DNA of 64,000 nt from Nitrospinales bacterium (GTDB taxonomy: Bacteria; Nitrospinota; Nitrospinia; Nitrospinales; VA-1). The translations under genes were made by a program, and so were the position numbers. The notes beneath the pieces are model-generated. The model ran no database searches. It saw only the letters and a list, made by a program, of their open reading frames with translations, and was not told the origin of the DNA. Below, in pieces: positions 27,831-37,883 of this stretch. The stretch is from positions 2,048,001 through 2,112,000 of the forward strand of contig CBDCXL010000002.1 in NCBI GenBank assembly GCA_965223795.1, given 5' to 3'. How positions within the stretch are numbered: position 1 is the stretch's first letter; every line of letters begins with the position of its first letter.

Positions 27831-28682
27831 ATGACGCTGCCGAAACTGGATTCGTTCCAATCTCTCGACGGGCTGCCTTCCCTTCCGGGGCAGATCGTCG
27901 GCTTCCTCGATGAGATCGGCGGCGTGTCGGCGAACGATTACAACATCCTGCATCGTATTCAGTACGACCCGGCGATCGCGCTCACCGTGCTCAAGCTGGC
28001 CAACGCGCCGCTTTATGGATTCCGGTCGAAAATCGTCTCGCTGCAGCAGGCGGCGGCGCTTGTCGGGCCGGGCGCGATCAAAAACCTCGTGCTGATGACA
28101 CCGATTCTGGAACGTTACCAGGACAGCGGGCAGGTCGCGCTCAACATCGATTATCCCAATCTGTGGCTGCATCTTGCGGTCACGGCGGGCATCGCCAGCG
28201 GCCTCGGAAAACGCATCGAAGGGATGGAGCCGGACGTCTGTTTCACGGCGGGGCTGATCCATGGGGCGGGAAAGATCGCGCTGGCGACCCAGCATCCGGA
28301 ACTGCTGGCCAAAGTGCTGCGCAACGCAACGAGCCGGAACGTTTCGCTGCGCGAATCCGAAAAGGAAATTCTGGGTTTCACCGATTCGGATGTCGCCGCC
28401 GCTCTGGCGCGGGCGTGGCGGTTCCCGGACGTGCTCACCGTCGCGCTGGAGCAGGGCTGCAATTCACGCGAAGAGGGGATCACCGAAAAGCTCCCGGCGG
28501 TGTTGTGTCTTGCCCGTCTTCAGGCGGCGCAATGGGGCTACCCCGACACGTTGATCGCGGAAGAGAACGGTGAGCGGGACGATCTTCTCGATCTGCTCGG
28601 TGTGTCGGGCGGGGAATGGGACGCCTGGCAGAGCGAGCTGCACGAGTACGCGGATCTTGCGGCGCGTTCACAGGGAGTCTGA
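27831..28682 (+). CDS. HDOD domain protein
   Basis: LPSLP, DPAIALTVLKLANAP, AGLIHGAGK and LARAWRFP; ATG 27831 with upstream GGAG. Confidence 0.88.
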   Translation: MTLPKLDSFQSLDGLPSLPGQIVGFLDEIGGVSANDYNILHRIQYDPAIALTVLKLANAPLYGFRSKIVSLQQAAALVGPGAIKNLVLMTPILERYQDSGQVALNIDYPNLWLHLAVTAGIASGLGKRIEGMEPDVCFTAGLIHGAGKIALATQHPELLAKVLRNATSRNVSLRESEKEILGFTDSDVAAALARAWRFPDVLTVALEQGCNSREEGITEKLPAVLCLARLQAAQWGYPDTLIAEENGERDDLLDLLGVSGGEWDAWQSELHEYADLAARSQGV

Positions 28683-28713
28683 GGCATCCACCGGCGGATC
28701 GGCAGCGCGTTTG

Positions 28714-30657
28714 TCAGGTATGGCGTTGCGCGTCGAGCGCCGCGATGAGTTCCTTCAGGGCGCGGGACATCTCGACCGGATAAACCGCGCCGGTTCCCAG
28801 GGAGCGCAGCGCTTCGGGCAGCGCGGCCAGAGAGGTCCGGGTCCGCTCCCGGATTTTTTCAAGCGAAGGCAGCGGGCGCGTGCGTTTTCCCGCGCGCATC
28901 ACCGGCTGCAACAGCGGCATTCCTTCCTGCGTCTCCTCCATACGCGCCACCACGTCTTTTTGCATGCATCCGGTTTCATCGAACCGGCGGAACACCTGCT
29001 TCGCCCCGGGTACGTTGGATTTTTCCTGCGCATGCTTGCGCCGTGGCACCCCTGCGTACTCCTGCAGCTTGTACACGCAGTTCAGGTTGGGCGCGTCGGC
29101 GGAAGTGGTGAGCCGCGTGCCGATCCCGTATCCGTCGATCGGCGCATTGCTTTGGGCAAAGTCCGTGAGTTTGGTTTCGTCGAGGTCGCCGCTGGCGAGG
29201 ATGCGGACGTGCGTGAGTCCGCGTTCGTCGAAAATCTCCCGCACCTGGCGGGCCAGCGCCGCCAGATCGCCGCTGTCCAGGCGCACGGCGCGCAGCGCGG
29301 TTCCCTTTTCATTCAGCCTGGCCGCCAGCTTCGCGGCTTTCAACGCGGCCTGCACGGTGTCGTGGGTGTCGAGCAGCAGGACCAGATTGTCCGGCTGAGA
29401 CGCGGCGAAATTTTCAAACGCTGCAAGCTCATCCTCGTGGGCGAGGATGTAGGAATGCGCCATGGTGCCGAACAGCGGGATGCCCCATAAGGCGCCCGCC
29501 TTGACCGTCGCCGTTCCGGCGAACCCGGCCAGATAACTGGCGCGCGCGGCCAGCAGTCCGGCCTCGGCGCCGTGCGCCCTGCGGAAGCCGAAATCGACCA
29601 GCGTTTTTCCCCCGGCGGCGAGCACCATGCGCGCCGCTTTGCTCGCGACCAGAGTAGAGTACTGCAACAGGTTGATGATGCGCGATTCGACGAACTGCGC
29701 CTGCATGAGCGGCGCGGTGACGCGCAGCAGCGGCTCATCGGCGAACACCACCGTACCTTCCGGCATCGCATCCACATCTCCGGTGAAGCGGAAGGACGTT
29801 AGCGATTCGAGGAAGCCGGTGCTGAAGTGCCCGGTTTTTTCGAGGGTGCCGAGGTCCTCCCGGGTGAAGCGCAGGTGTTCCAGAAATTCAAGACAGTGCT
29901 CCAGTCCGGCGGCCAGCAGAAAGCCGCGCCCGGGCGGCAGAGCGCGCACGTAAAATTCGAACACGGCGGCGGCGTCCATCTTTTGTTCGCGGTAGCTCTG
30001 AAGCATGGTGAGCTGATACAGATCGGTCAAAAGCGGCGAGACATCGATGGCGGGTGCGGAAAAATCCGCAAGCCTACTCAGGGTGCAGCCCGATGCCACC
30101 ATGGCCTCGATGGCGCGCAGCCCGTCGCCGGGCTTCACATCGACGGCGCGCACGGCGTCTTCCAGCAGGACCACGTCGAGGCCTTGTGCGAGCGCGTCCT
30201 GCACGGTGTTCAGCACGCAGTAATCGGTGGCGAGGCCGCCCACGAAAATCCGCTTCACGTTGAGCGATTGAAGCTGCCCGGCGAGCGGTGTGTCCTGAAA
30301 CCCCGAGTAGGCTTCGGCGTTTTTATCGGTGCCTTTGGAGATGATCTTAGCCGAGGCGGGAAGCTTGAGGTCCGCGGCGAAGCCCGCTCCGGCCGTGTCC
30401 TGGACGCAGTGCGGCGGCCACGGTCCGCCGTTTTGCTCAAACGAGCAATGTCCGGCGGGATGCCAGTCGCGGGTGGCGAACACCGGCAGCCCTGCGCCCA
30501 AAAATAATTCCATGCAGGCGTTCAACACGGGCACGACGGCATCGCCTTCGGGGACGGCGAGCGCCCCTTCGGGCAAAAAATCGTTCTGCACGTCGACCAC
30601 GACCAGGGCGTCGCCGGGTCCAGGCTGCCATCGGGATCGGTTGCAAGGGGCCGTCAT
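28714..30657 (-). CDS. pncA-pncB: Fused nicotinamidase (PncA) and nicotinate phosphoribosyltransferase (PncB)
   Basis: N-terminal DVQNDF, DWHP, WPPHC, YSGF, GLATDYCV; C-terminal LLTDLYQLTM, DFGFRR, GTMAHS, VRLDSGD, YGIGT; one uninterrupted ORF. Confidence 0.92.
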   Translation of the reverse strand: MTAPCNRSRWQPGPGDALVVVDVQNDFLPEGALAVPEGDAVVPVLNACMELFLGAGLPVFATRDWHPAGHCSFEQNGGPWPPHCVQDTAGAGFAADLKLPASAKIISKGTDKNAEAYSGFQDTPLAGQLQSLNVKRIFVGGLATDYCVLNTVQDALAQGLDVVLLEDAVRAVDVKPGDGLRAIEAMVASGCTLSRLADFSAPAIDVSPLLTDLYQLTMLQSYREQKMDAAAVFEFYVRALPPGRGFLLAAGLEHCLEFLEHLRFTREDLGTLEKTGHFSTGFLESLTSFRFTGDVDAMPEGTVVFADEPLLRVTAPLMQAQFVESRIINLLQYSTLVASKAARMVLAAGGKTLVDFGFRRAHGAEAGLLAARASYLAGFAGTATVKAGALWGIPLFGTMAHSYILAHEDELAAFENFAASQPDNLVLLLDTHDTVQAALKAAKLAARLNEKGTALRAVRLDSGDLAALARQVREIFDERGLTHVRILASGDLDETKLTDFAQSNAPIDGYGIGTRLTTSADAPNLNCVYKLQEYAGVPRRKHAQEKSNVPGAKQVFRRFDETGCMQKDVVARMEETQEGMPLLQPVMRAGKRTRPLPSLEKIRERTRTSLAALPEALRSLGTGAVYPVEMSRALKELIAALDAQRHT

Positions 30658-30765
30658 CGTGTTTCGTGAGTATAAGGGAATTGCAATCCGGCATTATGGC
30701 CCGAAGCGGGGTATTCTGGCAAGGCAGGTATGGCGAAGTGGAGAGGGACGGTTTCAGGCGTTGAG

Positions 30766-31746
30766 TTACAGTTCCGGACCCATGAAGCGGATGAAGTTCT
30801 GCAAAATTTCCGGATCGAACTCATCGGCCATCTGCTTGTTCATGATGGTGAGGGTGTCGAAGGGCGACATGGATTTTTTGTAGGACCGGCGCGTGGTGAG
30901 GGCGTCGTAGACGTCCATCACTTTGCAGATCCGGCCGTACAGGGAGATCTGCTCGCCCACCAGGCCCTTCGGGTAGCCTTTGCCGTTGTACTGTTCGTGA
31001 TGGTCGCCTGCCATTTTCACCACGTTGGAACGGTAGCACTGCATCGAGGCGAGGAGTCCCTCTCCCAGGGCGGCGTGGCTTTTCATGGTCTCGAATTCTT
31101 CGTCGGTGAGCTTGCCCTTTTTGTTGATGATGAGGGAGTCGATCTGGGCCTTGCCCACGTCGTGCAGCATGCCGCCGAGGCCGAGGTCCTTGATGTCGTT
31201 CTGCGGCATGTTCGTCTTGATGCCGTAGACCAGGCAGTAGAGGCCGACGTTCACGCTGTGGGTGTAGGTGTAGTAATCCTTGTTGGTGATCATGGACAGG
31301 CCGTAATAGCCGGTGCTGGAGTTGGACAGGCACTGCTCCATGATGTCCATGACTTCCTCGGAAGACTGCAGCACCTTCTGGGAGGCGTTGTATTCAAAAA
31401 ACTCCTGCATGATCTCCTGCGACACGTTGTAGATCTTCTGGGTTTTCTGCTTGAGCGGAACTTTGGGGTTGGAGATCAGGGATTTCAGGCTCTGGGTGAC
31501 GTGCTGGTAGTACTTGATCAGGTCCTCTTCGCGGACGAAATACTCCTGCTCCGAGTCGCCTTTTTCCAGGATTTCCTGGATTTTTTCCTGGTGGCGGGGG
31601 TCGGTGCTGGCGAACTTCACGTAACGCACGGTGCCGAAGGTCCGGGTCTGGTAGAAAATATCGAAATGTTCGCTGGACCGGGACACCAGAAATTCCAGGT
31701 TGATGGGGCGGAACGGTTCCTGATCCTGTGCGATGGCGGTTTTCAC
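30766..31746 (-). CDS. HD-GYP c-di-GMP phosphodiesterase
   Basis: YTYTHSVNV, HDVGK, HHEQYNGKGYP and DVYDALTTRRSYK. Confidence 0.92.
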   Translation of the reverse strand: MKTAIAQDQEPFRPINLEFLVSRSSEHFDIFYQTRTFGTVRYVKFASTDPRHQEKIQEILEKGDSEQEYFVREEDLIKYYQHVTQSLKSLISNPKVPLKQKTQKIYNVSQEIMQEFFEYNASQKVLQSSEEVMDIMEQCLSNSSTGYYGLSMITNKDYYTYTHSVNVGLYCLVYGIKTNMPQNDIKDLGLGGMLHDVGKAQIDSLIINKKGKLTDEEFETMKSHAALGEGLLASMQCYRSNVVKMAGDHHEQYNGKGYPKGLVGEQISLYGRICKVMDVYDALTTRRSYKKSMSPFDTLTIMNKQMADEFDPEILQNFIRFMGPEL

Positions 31747-31995
31747 GGTCGGCTCGCGATTTTCCTGAATTGGGTGAAAATGAGGCGTTTCTACCCATTA
31801 TAGGGGCGGCGCGGGCCTCGATCAAGCCTTTGAAATAGTATGATTTACGCTGTTTTTGCGGGGCGCGGACACGCCTTTGGGAGTTAATTTAAACAGTTGC
31901 TGTAAATACCAATTTGTCAGTCATTTTGGAGGATCGGCTCGCGCTGCCGGGCGGCGGAAGACCGGAATTTTCCGTCCTGCGGAGCGAAAATTTTT

Positions 31996-33866
31996 TTACC
32001 CGGAAGGCTGCGTTTTCCGGGCGGGGTAGGCGTTTTGCGCGCGGTCCATGAGATGCACCATGGAGCGGGCGCAGCCTAAAAGATCGGCCATCGACAGGCT
32101 CTCTCCCGGTTCGTGCATGCGCGATTCCGGATCGTACGCACCCAGACAGACGGGCTGCACGTCTCCCAGCGCATCGAGCAGCTTCGCCACGAACGGAATC
32201 GAACCGCCGCAGCCGTACAGGCACGCTTCGCGCGCGTAGCCCGCTTTGAGGGAAGCCATCACTTCCTCAAACACCGGGTGGGTGATGGCGGTCATCCAGG
32301 GCGACCCGCCCTTGTCGGAGCGCAAGGTCAGTTCGAATCCCTCCGGCGCGCGTTCCTCAAGATATGCCCTGAGGTGCTTCGCCGCTTCCTCCTCGCGGTT
32401 GCCGGGGGCGAGCCGGATCTCGACGATCATTTTAGCCTCGGGATTTCGTAGGGCCGCGCCGTGCCGTCGTTGGACGTGAACAGCGGCTCGGTTCTAAGAA
32501 ACGGAGCTTCGCCATCCTTGAAGAAACCGGCGACGGGGTCCGCGAGTCTGCCGTCGGCGTCTACCAGCCGGTCGATCCAGCTTGCGAGCTGCAATTCCGC
32601 CACCGGGAACGGGCCGCCGTTGATGCCCGAGTGCGGGTCCTTGCGCGATGCCCACAGGATGCAGTCGATAGCGGTGCCGTCCGCACCGGATGCGGCGATT
32701 TCAAGACGCATCCGGAGGGCAAAGCGGTTCCAGCTTTCGAATGCCTCGGTGAGAGCCTGTTTGAGAGCCGAAGGATCGGCGCAGGCCGGAAAATGCAGGC
32801 GCGCGCCGGCGGCGCCGAAAATCACGCTGCCGGAAACGCGGTTGCCGGGACGCAGGTTGACGAAGGATTTTCGAAGCTGTGCCAGAAGCACGGCCTCGAC
32901 GGTTTCGGGCACGGTGCAGCGCACGCCGGAAAGCAGGCCGGCGGTGTCCTTGAGCTGGCCGACGCTGGTGGGGACGCGGGCGTAGCCCTCGGTCTCGGCG
33001 GCGGTCTCCGGGATGTCGGTGTTGCGGATCGCTTCCACCGCCAGCGTGTGGTCGTCGCGGATGAGGGTCGCGAGCAGTTTGTACAGCGCGGTTTGCGCGT
33101 CGATGCGGGCGGGCGCGCCGGGCTTCGCGGTCAGGGACGCCTCGATCTGAATGATGCCGCGCAGCGAGGTCGTGAGGCCGGGCACGCCGGTGGCGGGATT
33201 GATCACGTCGGTGATCACCACGCAGTTGGTGTCCGCAAAGAATTCGCGGTTCTCGCGGATCTGCTGGATGAGCGAGTGCGAGCCGCATTCCTCTTCGGTT
33301 TCGTAGATGACCTTGATGTTGCAGGGCAGGGCGTCGTTGCGTTCGGACGAAATGGAGTTGGGATCCAGATCCAGCGCGCGCAGCAGGGCCTCGACGGCGA
33401 TGCCGATGGACACCACGCCGCTCAGATCGTCCGCCGCGCCGCGGCCGAACGCGCGGCTGCGGTCCTCGTTCCAGGTGAGCCGGGTGGGCGGGACGCCGCC
33501 CCACTGCGAGAACGCGGCGTCGTCCATGTAGGGTTGTTTGTCCAGGTGGGCGTAAAACAATATTGTGGGCTTTTCCGGAGACGCCGGGATGCTGGCCATG
33601 AGGATCGGCGTCGAGCCGGGCGGATCGGCGGGGGCCGTGTTGATGCGAATGTAAGTGAAACCGATGCCTTTCAGGTATCTCTCGGCGCAATGCAGGATTT
33701 CCTGCATGTCGCTGGGCGTGGTGCGGTCGCCCTCGAATTCGTTGACGTTGAAACTGCGGCTGTCGATCCGCACCATTTCCGTGAGGGCGTCCAGATGACG
33801 CCGGACGAGGTCGGTGTCGGGTTGAATCCGGGCGCAGGCCTGGTTCACCCATTCGTTTGCCTTCAT
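31996..33866 (-). pseudogene. M20 family metallopeptidase split by an apparent 1-nt frameshift near 32445
   Basis: Upstream ORF has YAHLDKQP, GRGAADD and ETEEE; downstream ORF has GGSIP and MHEPGES. Adding one A to GAAATCCC joins them (YENPEAKMIVEIRLAPG) into 624 codons. Confidence 0.75.
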
Positions 33867-34017
33867 GACGTGCGCTTTCCTTTGCTGGGATTTGGCGATA
33901 CAGGAGCGGTGCCCCGTTTCTTTACTTGTGGCGGTTCGCGGTCTATTATAGGCGGAACCGGCCAGGATGGAAGCCTGCATTGCGGCGGGGGCGCACATTT
34001 CAAGCTTGGACAAACCC

Positions 34018-34296
34018 ATGATCAAACGGCTCATCAATCTATACAAACTGTGGCAGATCCTGAAGGAACGGGGAAACTGGCGGCTCATCCGTCATTCCAA
34101 AGAGCAGCTCACCGATTTTATTTTTTGCCGCAAGGGTCTCAACAAACGGTCCCTGCTGAGCGGGCTGGTGCACTGGTTTCGCATGCTCAAGGGGCTCGAC
34201 GTGCTGGTCTGGCGGCTGGAAACCTTCGGCTTTCTTTACCAGAAAGGATTGCCCGAGGAAGACAGGCAGCGCCTGAACCGCTGTCTTCCGCAATGA
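34018..34296 (+). CDS. Small basic hypothetical protein (92 aa)
   Basis: ORF fills the gap between the M20 gene and the ArnT-like gene; protein-like composition. Confidence 0.6.
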   Translation: MIKRLINLYKLWQILKERGNWRLIRHSKEQLTDFIFCRKGLNKRSLLSGLVHWFRMLKGLDVLVWRLETFGFLYQKGLPEEDRQRLNRCLPQ

Positions 34297-34327
34297 TCCT
34301 TCTTCCCCTCGATTCCCCTATCCCGAC

Positions 34328-35803
34328 TTGATTTCCGCACTCAAAGACAAAACCTTCCAGCTGGTGTTTCTGCTCGTCTGTACGGCGCTGCTGTTTCTGG
34401 GGCGCCAGCTCGATGTGGGTCTGCCCAACTTCGACGACGCCTACTATGCGCAGAAGGCCAAGGAAATGGCGGCCTCTGGAAACCTGTGGATCGTGACGCA
34501 CAACGGCGAACCGGATTTCGCCAACCCGCCGTTTCCGTTCTGGATGACGGCGCTCGCGTTCAAGCTGTTTGGCGTGTCGGGCTACGCTGCGGTGTTTTTC
34601 CCGGCGCTGTTCGGCCTGGCGACGGTGCTTTTGACCTACGCCTTGTGTCTCAACCTTTACAAGGACACATGGACGGCGTTTTTCGCGGCGTTCGTGCTGA
34701 TCTTTCCGGGCATGTTCGCCGATGCGGCGCGGCGGGCGATGGTGGACGTCACGCTGGCGTTCTGCGTGACAGCGGCGATGTATTTTTTCGTGAAGGCCGA
34801 GCGGGACAAGTGGTTTTATCTGCTTTACGGTCTGATGACGGCGCTCGCCATTCTGACCAAAAGCGTGCTCGGCCTGTTTCCGCTGATGGTGGGCGGCGCG
34901 GTCCTGATCCTGGGCCGGCGTTTCAAGGAAATCGGGCATCCCTGTTTTCTCATGGGGACGGCATTGGCTCTGGGGCTGGGTTTCAGCTGGCATGCGGTGA
35001 ACGGGGCGGTGCACGGCGCGGCGTTTTACGACATGCATTTTGGCGTGCTCATTTTCAACCGCGGATTTGAAAGCGCTGCGCCGCCGTTTTATTTTCTCGG
35101 TTACGCGCAGGATTTTCTCAAGAACTACTGGCCGTGGCTGCCGCTGGCGCTGATCGGTTTGTGGCAATGCGGCAGGCGCGCGATCGGCGGCAGGGACTTT
35201 CCCAGTCTGGTTCTGCTGGTCTGGATCGTGCTCGTTTACCTGGTGATGAGCACCAGCACCAACCAGACGCTGCGCTATCTGTTCATGATCTTTCCGCCGC
35301 TGGCGATCGTGATCGCAAGGACGCTTGCGGACTGGCTTTCCGAGAGCCTGCGTGAAAAACTGCTGCCCTGGATGGCGGGCGTGGTGGTGCTGACGGTCGT
35401 GTTCGTCAACGCCACGCCGTTTCAGGTCAAGGTCACGCTGTCTCCCAACAGCGTCGATGTGCGGCAGCTTGCGGCGGTGATCCATTTGAACACGCCGCCC
35501 GAACAGCGGATCGGCAATTTTAGGCTGTCGGCGCACAACCCGCGGCAGGCGATGCTGTTTTATGCGGACCGGTTTCTGGGCGAGCCGGTCACGCAATCGG
35601 ACGTAATGCTGGCGCGGCTTGAGCAGGCATCCCCCGCCACCTGGCTGACTTCGGTCGAGGCGTTCCGGCAGCTCGAACAGGAACACCCCGGACAGCTTTA
35701 TCTGATCCAGGCGACCCGGAAATACGCGTACTTCACGTCGATGGCGCGCCGGGACAGGGTGCGCTACGACTTTTCGGGCATGGCGCGGCCGCGCGTGCGG
35801 TGA
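34328..35803 (+). CDS. ArnT/PMT-family (GT-C) membrane glycosyltransferase
   Basis: DDAYYAQKAKEM, NPPFPFW and LTKS; many TM helices. Confidence 0.85.
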   Translation: MISALKDKTFQLVFLLVCTALLFLGRQLDVGLPNFDDAYYAQKAKEMAASGNLWIVTHNGEPDFANPPFPFWMTALAFKLFGVSGYAAVFFPALFGLATVLLTYALCLNLYKDTWTAFFAAFVLIFPGMFADAARRAMVDVTLAFCVTAAMYFFVKAERDKWFYLLYGLMTALAILTKSVLGLFPLMVGGAVLILGRRFKEIGHPCFLMGTALALGLGFSWHAVNGAVHGAAFYDMHFGVLIFNRGFESAAPPFYFLGYAQDFLKNYWPWLPLALIGLWQCGRRAIGGRDFPSLVLLVWIVLVYLVMSTSTNQTLRYLFMIFPPLAIVIARTLADWLSESLREKLLPWMAGVVVLTVVFVNATPFQVKVTLSPNSVDVRQLAAVIHLNTPPEQRIGNFRLSAHNPRQAMLFYADRFLGEPVTQSDVMLARLEQASPATWLTSVEAFRQLEQEHPGQLYLIQATRKYAYFTSMARRDRVRYDFSGMARPRVR

Positions 35804-35806
35804 GGC

Positions 35807-37552
35807 TCAACGGTTGCGGAACAGATGCACGGTCTCGGTGAAGTCGGGCGATGTGAAATCGATCCTGGTTTCCCACATTTCCTTGATGTCCTGCCACTTC
35901 ACCCGGCGTTTTTTCCAGATGGAGTCACTGGATTGCAATTCAAGGGGAAGCCCGCTGAACTGGCCCTGCCAGTCGGCGTCGCGCATCACCACGTACACGG
36001 TTTCCTCGGTGTCGAGAAAGCGGTTCAGATCTTCGGGGGTGAAGATGTATTTTGCGGGATGCCCGGTCAGCACGCCGATCCTCGCCTGGTGGCTGCCCAT
36101 GCGGTAGACCCCGATGCGTTCGCTGCCCTGTGAGGTTTTTTGGATGGCACCGGCGAATTTTTTCATGGGATAGCGGTTGAGGTAGGGCAGCGCTTCGCCG
36201 TGGAGCAGGCCCAGGGCGATGATCTGCAGCGAAGCCAGGGTGAGGATGAGCGTTAGTTTTTTTCGGAACAGGTGCATCGCGAACACGACGACGGCGCCGG
36301 TGGCCAGAAACAAAGGCGTGAAGTGGACGTTGAAGGGCACCGGTTGAAAGGAATTGAACGCGAGGACCGCCGCTCCCAGGGCGATCGTCAATAGAAGGTA
36401 GAGAAAAAGCGTGAGGTAGAAGGGAATCTGAAACAGGGCGCTTTTGAACGCGCGCGGCGTGCGGGCGAGGTGGGCTAAAAAATGCGCCAGCAGCATCACG
36501 ATCGCCGGGGAAGCGGGCAGCAGGTAGCGGCTGTGCTCGATGCGGAACACGGTGAACATCAGCAGCGGCACCGCGACCCAGAGAACGCACAAAAGCCGGG
36601 CATCGGCGTCTTTGGCTTCTTCTGCTGGCGCTTCGGAATCGGAAGCCTGGGATTGCAGATTGCGGCGGAATCCGAACCGGTTGTGAACATAAAAACCGAG
36701 GGAAAAGATCAAAAACAGCGACCACGGCACGTAGTAGCGCAGCAGGACGCCGAAGTAATAGGCGCTGAACGGCACCTGATGAAAGATGCGGTCCTGGATC
36801 TCCGGGCCCATGATGTGGTTGACGAATTCGTCGCCGTGCATCACGGCCATCGCCGCGAACCACGGAACGTCCACGATGAGGATGATGAGGATGCCTGCTA
36901 CCGGGCGCATGCTGCTCAACATGCGGCCGTCGCGGCGGATCAACAGATACGCGAGCACCACGAGGCCGGGGATCAGGATCGCGGGCGGGCCTTTGATCAG
37001 AAACCCCACCGCCATGGAAAAATAGAACAGGTACAGGTTGAGGGCGCGCCGCGTTTCGTTCTGGTACGCCTTCACGAAAAAATAAAAGGCGCAGAGGATG
37101 GAAAAGCTCAACGCCATGTCGGTGGTGGCCCAGCGCGCGATCTGAAAATGCATGAAGCAGGCGGGAAGCAGAAACGCGCTGATCAGCGCCGCCTCGCGGG
37201 AAAACAGCCGGCGCGCCAGGTAGTAGGTGAGGGGGACGCACAGGGTGCCGAACAGGACCGGCCACAGCCGCGCCGCGGTCAGGCTGACGCCGAAGATTTT
37301 GTAAGAAAGGGCGACGAGCCAGTAGAACAGAATCGGCTTGGCGAAACGTTTTTCACCGTGGTACCTAGGCGTGATGTAATCGCCCGTTTGCACCATGTTT
37401 TTCGCGGTGAGCACGTAAAAATTTTCATCGGTGTGGTACGGCGGCACTTCCCCCAGGCCGTGCAGCAGGGAAAAAAACACACCCGCGGTCAGCAGGGCGA
37501 GCAGGAGGTGGTCCTTGAGGCGCTGAGTCAGGGAGCCCAGGCGGTTTTGCAT
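35807..37552 (-). CDS. ArnT/PMT-family membrane glycosyltransferase
   Basis: DENFY...M, KPILFYW, ARL, IKGP and YLLPA; many TM helices. Confidence 0.88.
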   Translation of the reverse strand: MQNRLGSLTQRLKDHLLLALLTAGVFFSLLHGLGEVPPYHTDENFYVLTAKNMVQTGDYITPRYHGEKRFAKPILFYWLVALSYKIFGVSLTAARLWPVLFGTLCVPLTYYLARRLFSREAALISAFLLPACFMHFQIARWATTDMALSFSILCAFYFFVKAYQNETRRALNLYLFYFSMAVGFLIKGPPAILIPGLVVLAYLLIRRDGRMLSSMRPVAGILIILIVDVPWFAAMAVMHGDEFVNHIMGPEIQDRIFHQVPFSAYYFGVLLRYYVPWSLFLIFSLGFYVHNRFGFRRNLQSQASDSEAPAEEAKDADARLLCVLWVAVPLLMFTVFRIEHSRYLLPASPAIVMLLAHFLAHLARTPRAFKSALFQIPFYLTLFLYLLLTIALGAAVLAFNSFQPVPFNVHFTPLFLATGAVVVFAMHLFRKKLTLILTLASLQIIALGLLHGEALPYLNRYPMKKFAGAIQKTSQGSERIGVYRMGSHQARIGVLTGHPAKYIFTPEDLNRFLDTEETVYVVMRDADWQGQFSGLPLELQSSDSIWKKRRVKWQDIKEMWETRIDFTSPDFTETVHLFRNR

Positions 37553-37883
37553 GCGGTTTGCTTCGAAAAGAGGGAGAGCCGGGATATACAGGCGGATAAA
37601 AAATTCAGTGCATTATACACAATTTAAAAAGAGGACTTCTACAAATTCGATATTTCCCCAGCAGGCAACTCGCGCCCCCTTGTTTCAAAAGAGGCGCTCG
37701 TGGCCAAACGCAATTTTTCGGGGCGTCCAAAAGGTTCCGGATGCAAAATTTGCGGGGAGCCCCTATAATCCAGCGCAATCAAAAAAGTCAGGTGCGGTTT
37801 TGCGTGTCTATTTTTATGCAGCGTGTTTTCTTTTCCTGCGCCTGGACCCGGTCCCTTCGATGCAACCTCGATCCCCTTAATAC

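Noticed and set aside
31920..31960. sigma28 promoter for the HD-GYP gene (minus-strand GCCGATCC)
   Set aside because: No TAAA-like -35 element at the 15-nt spacing.
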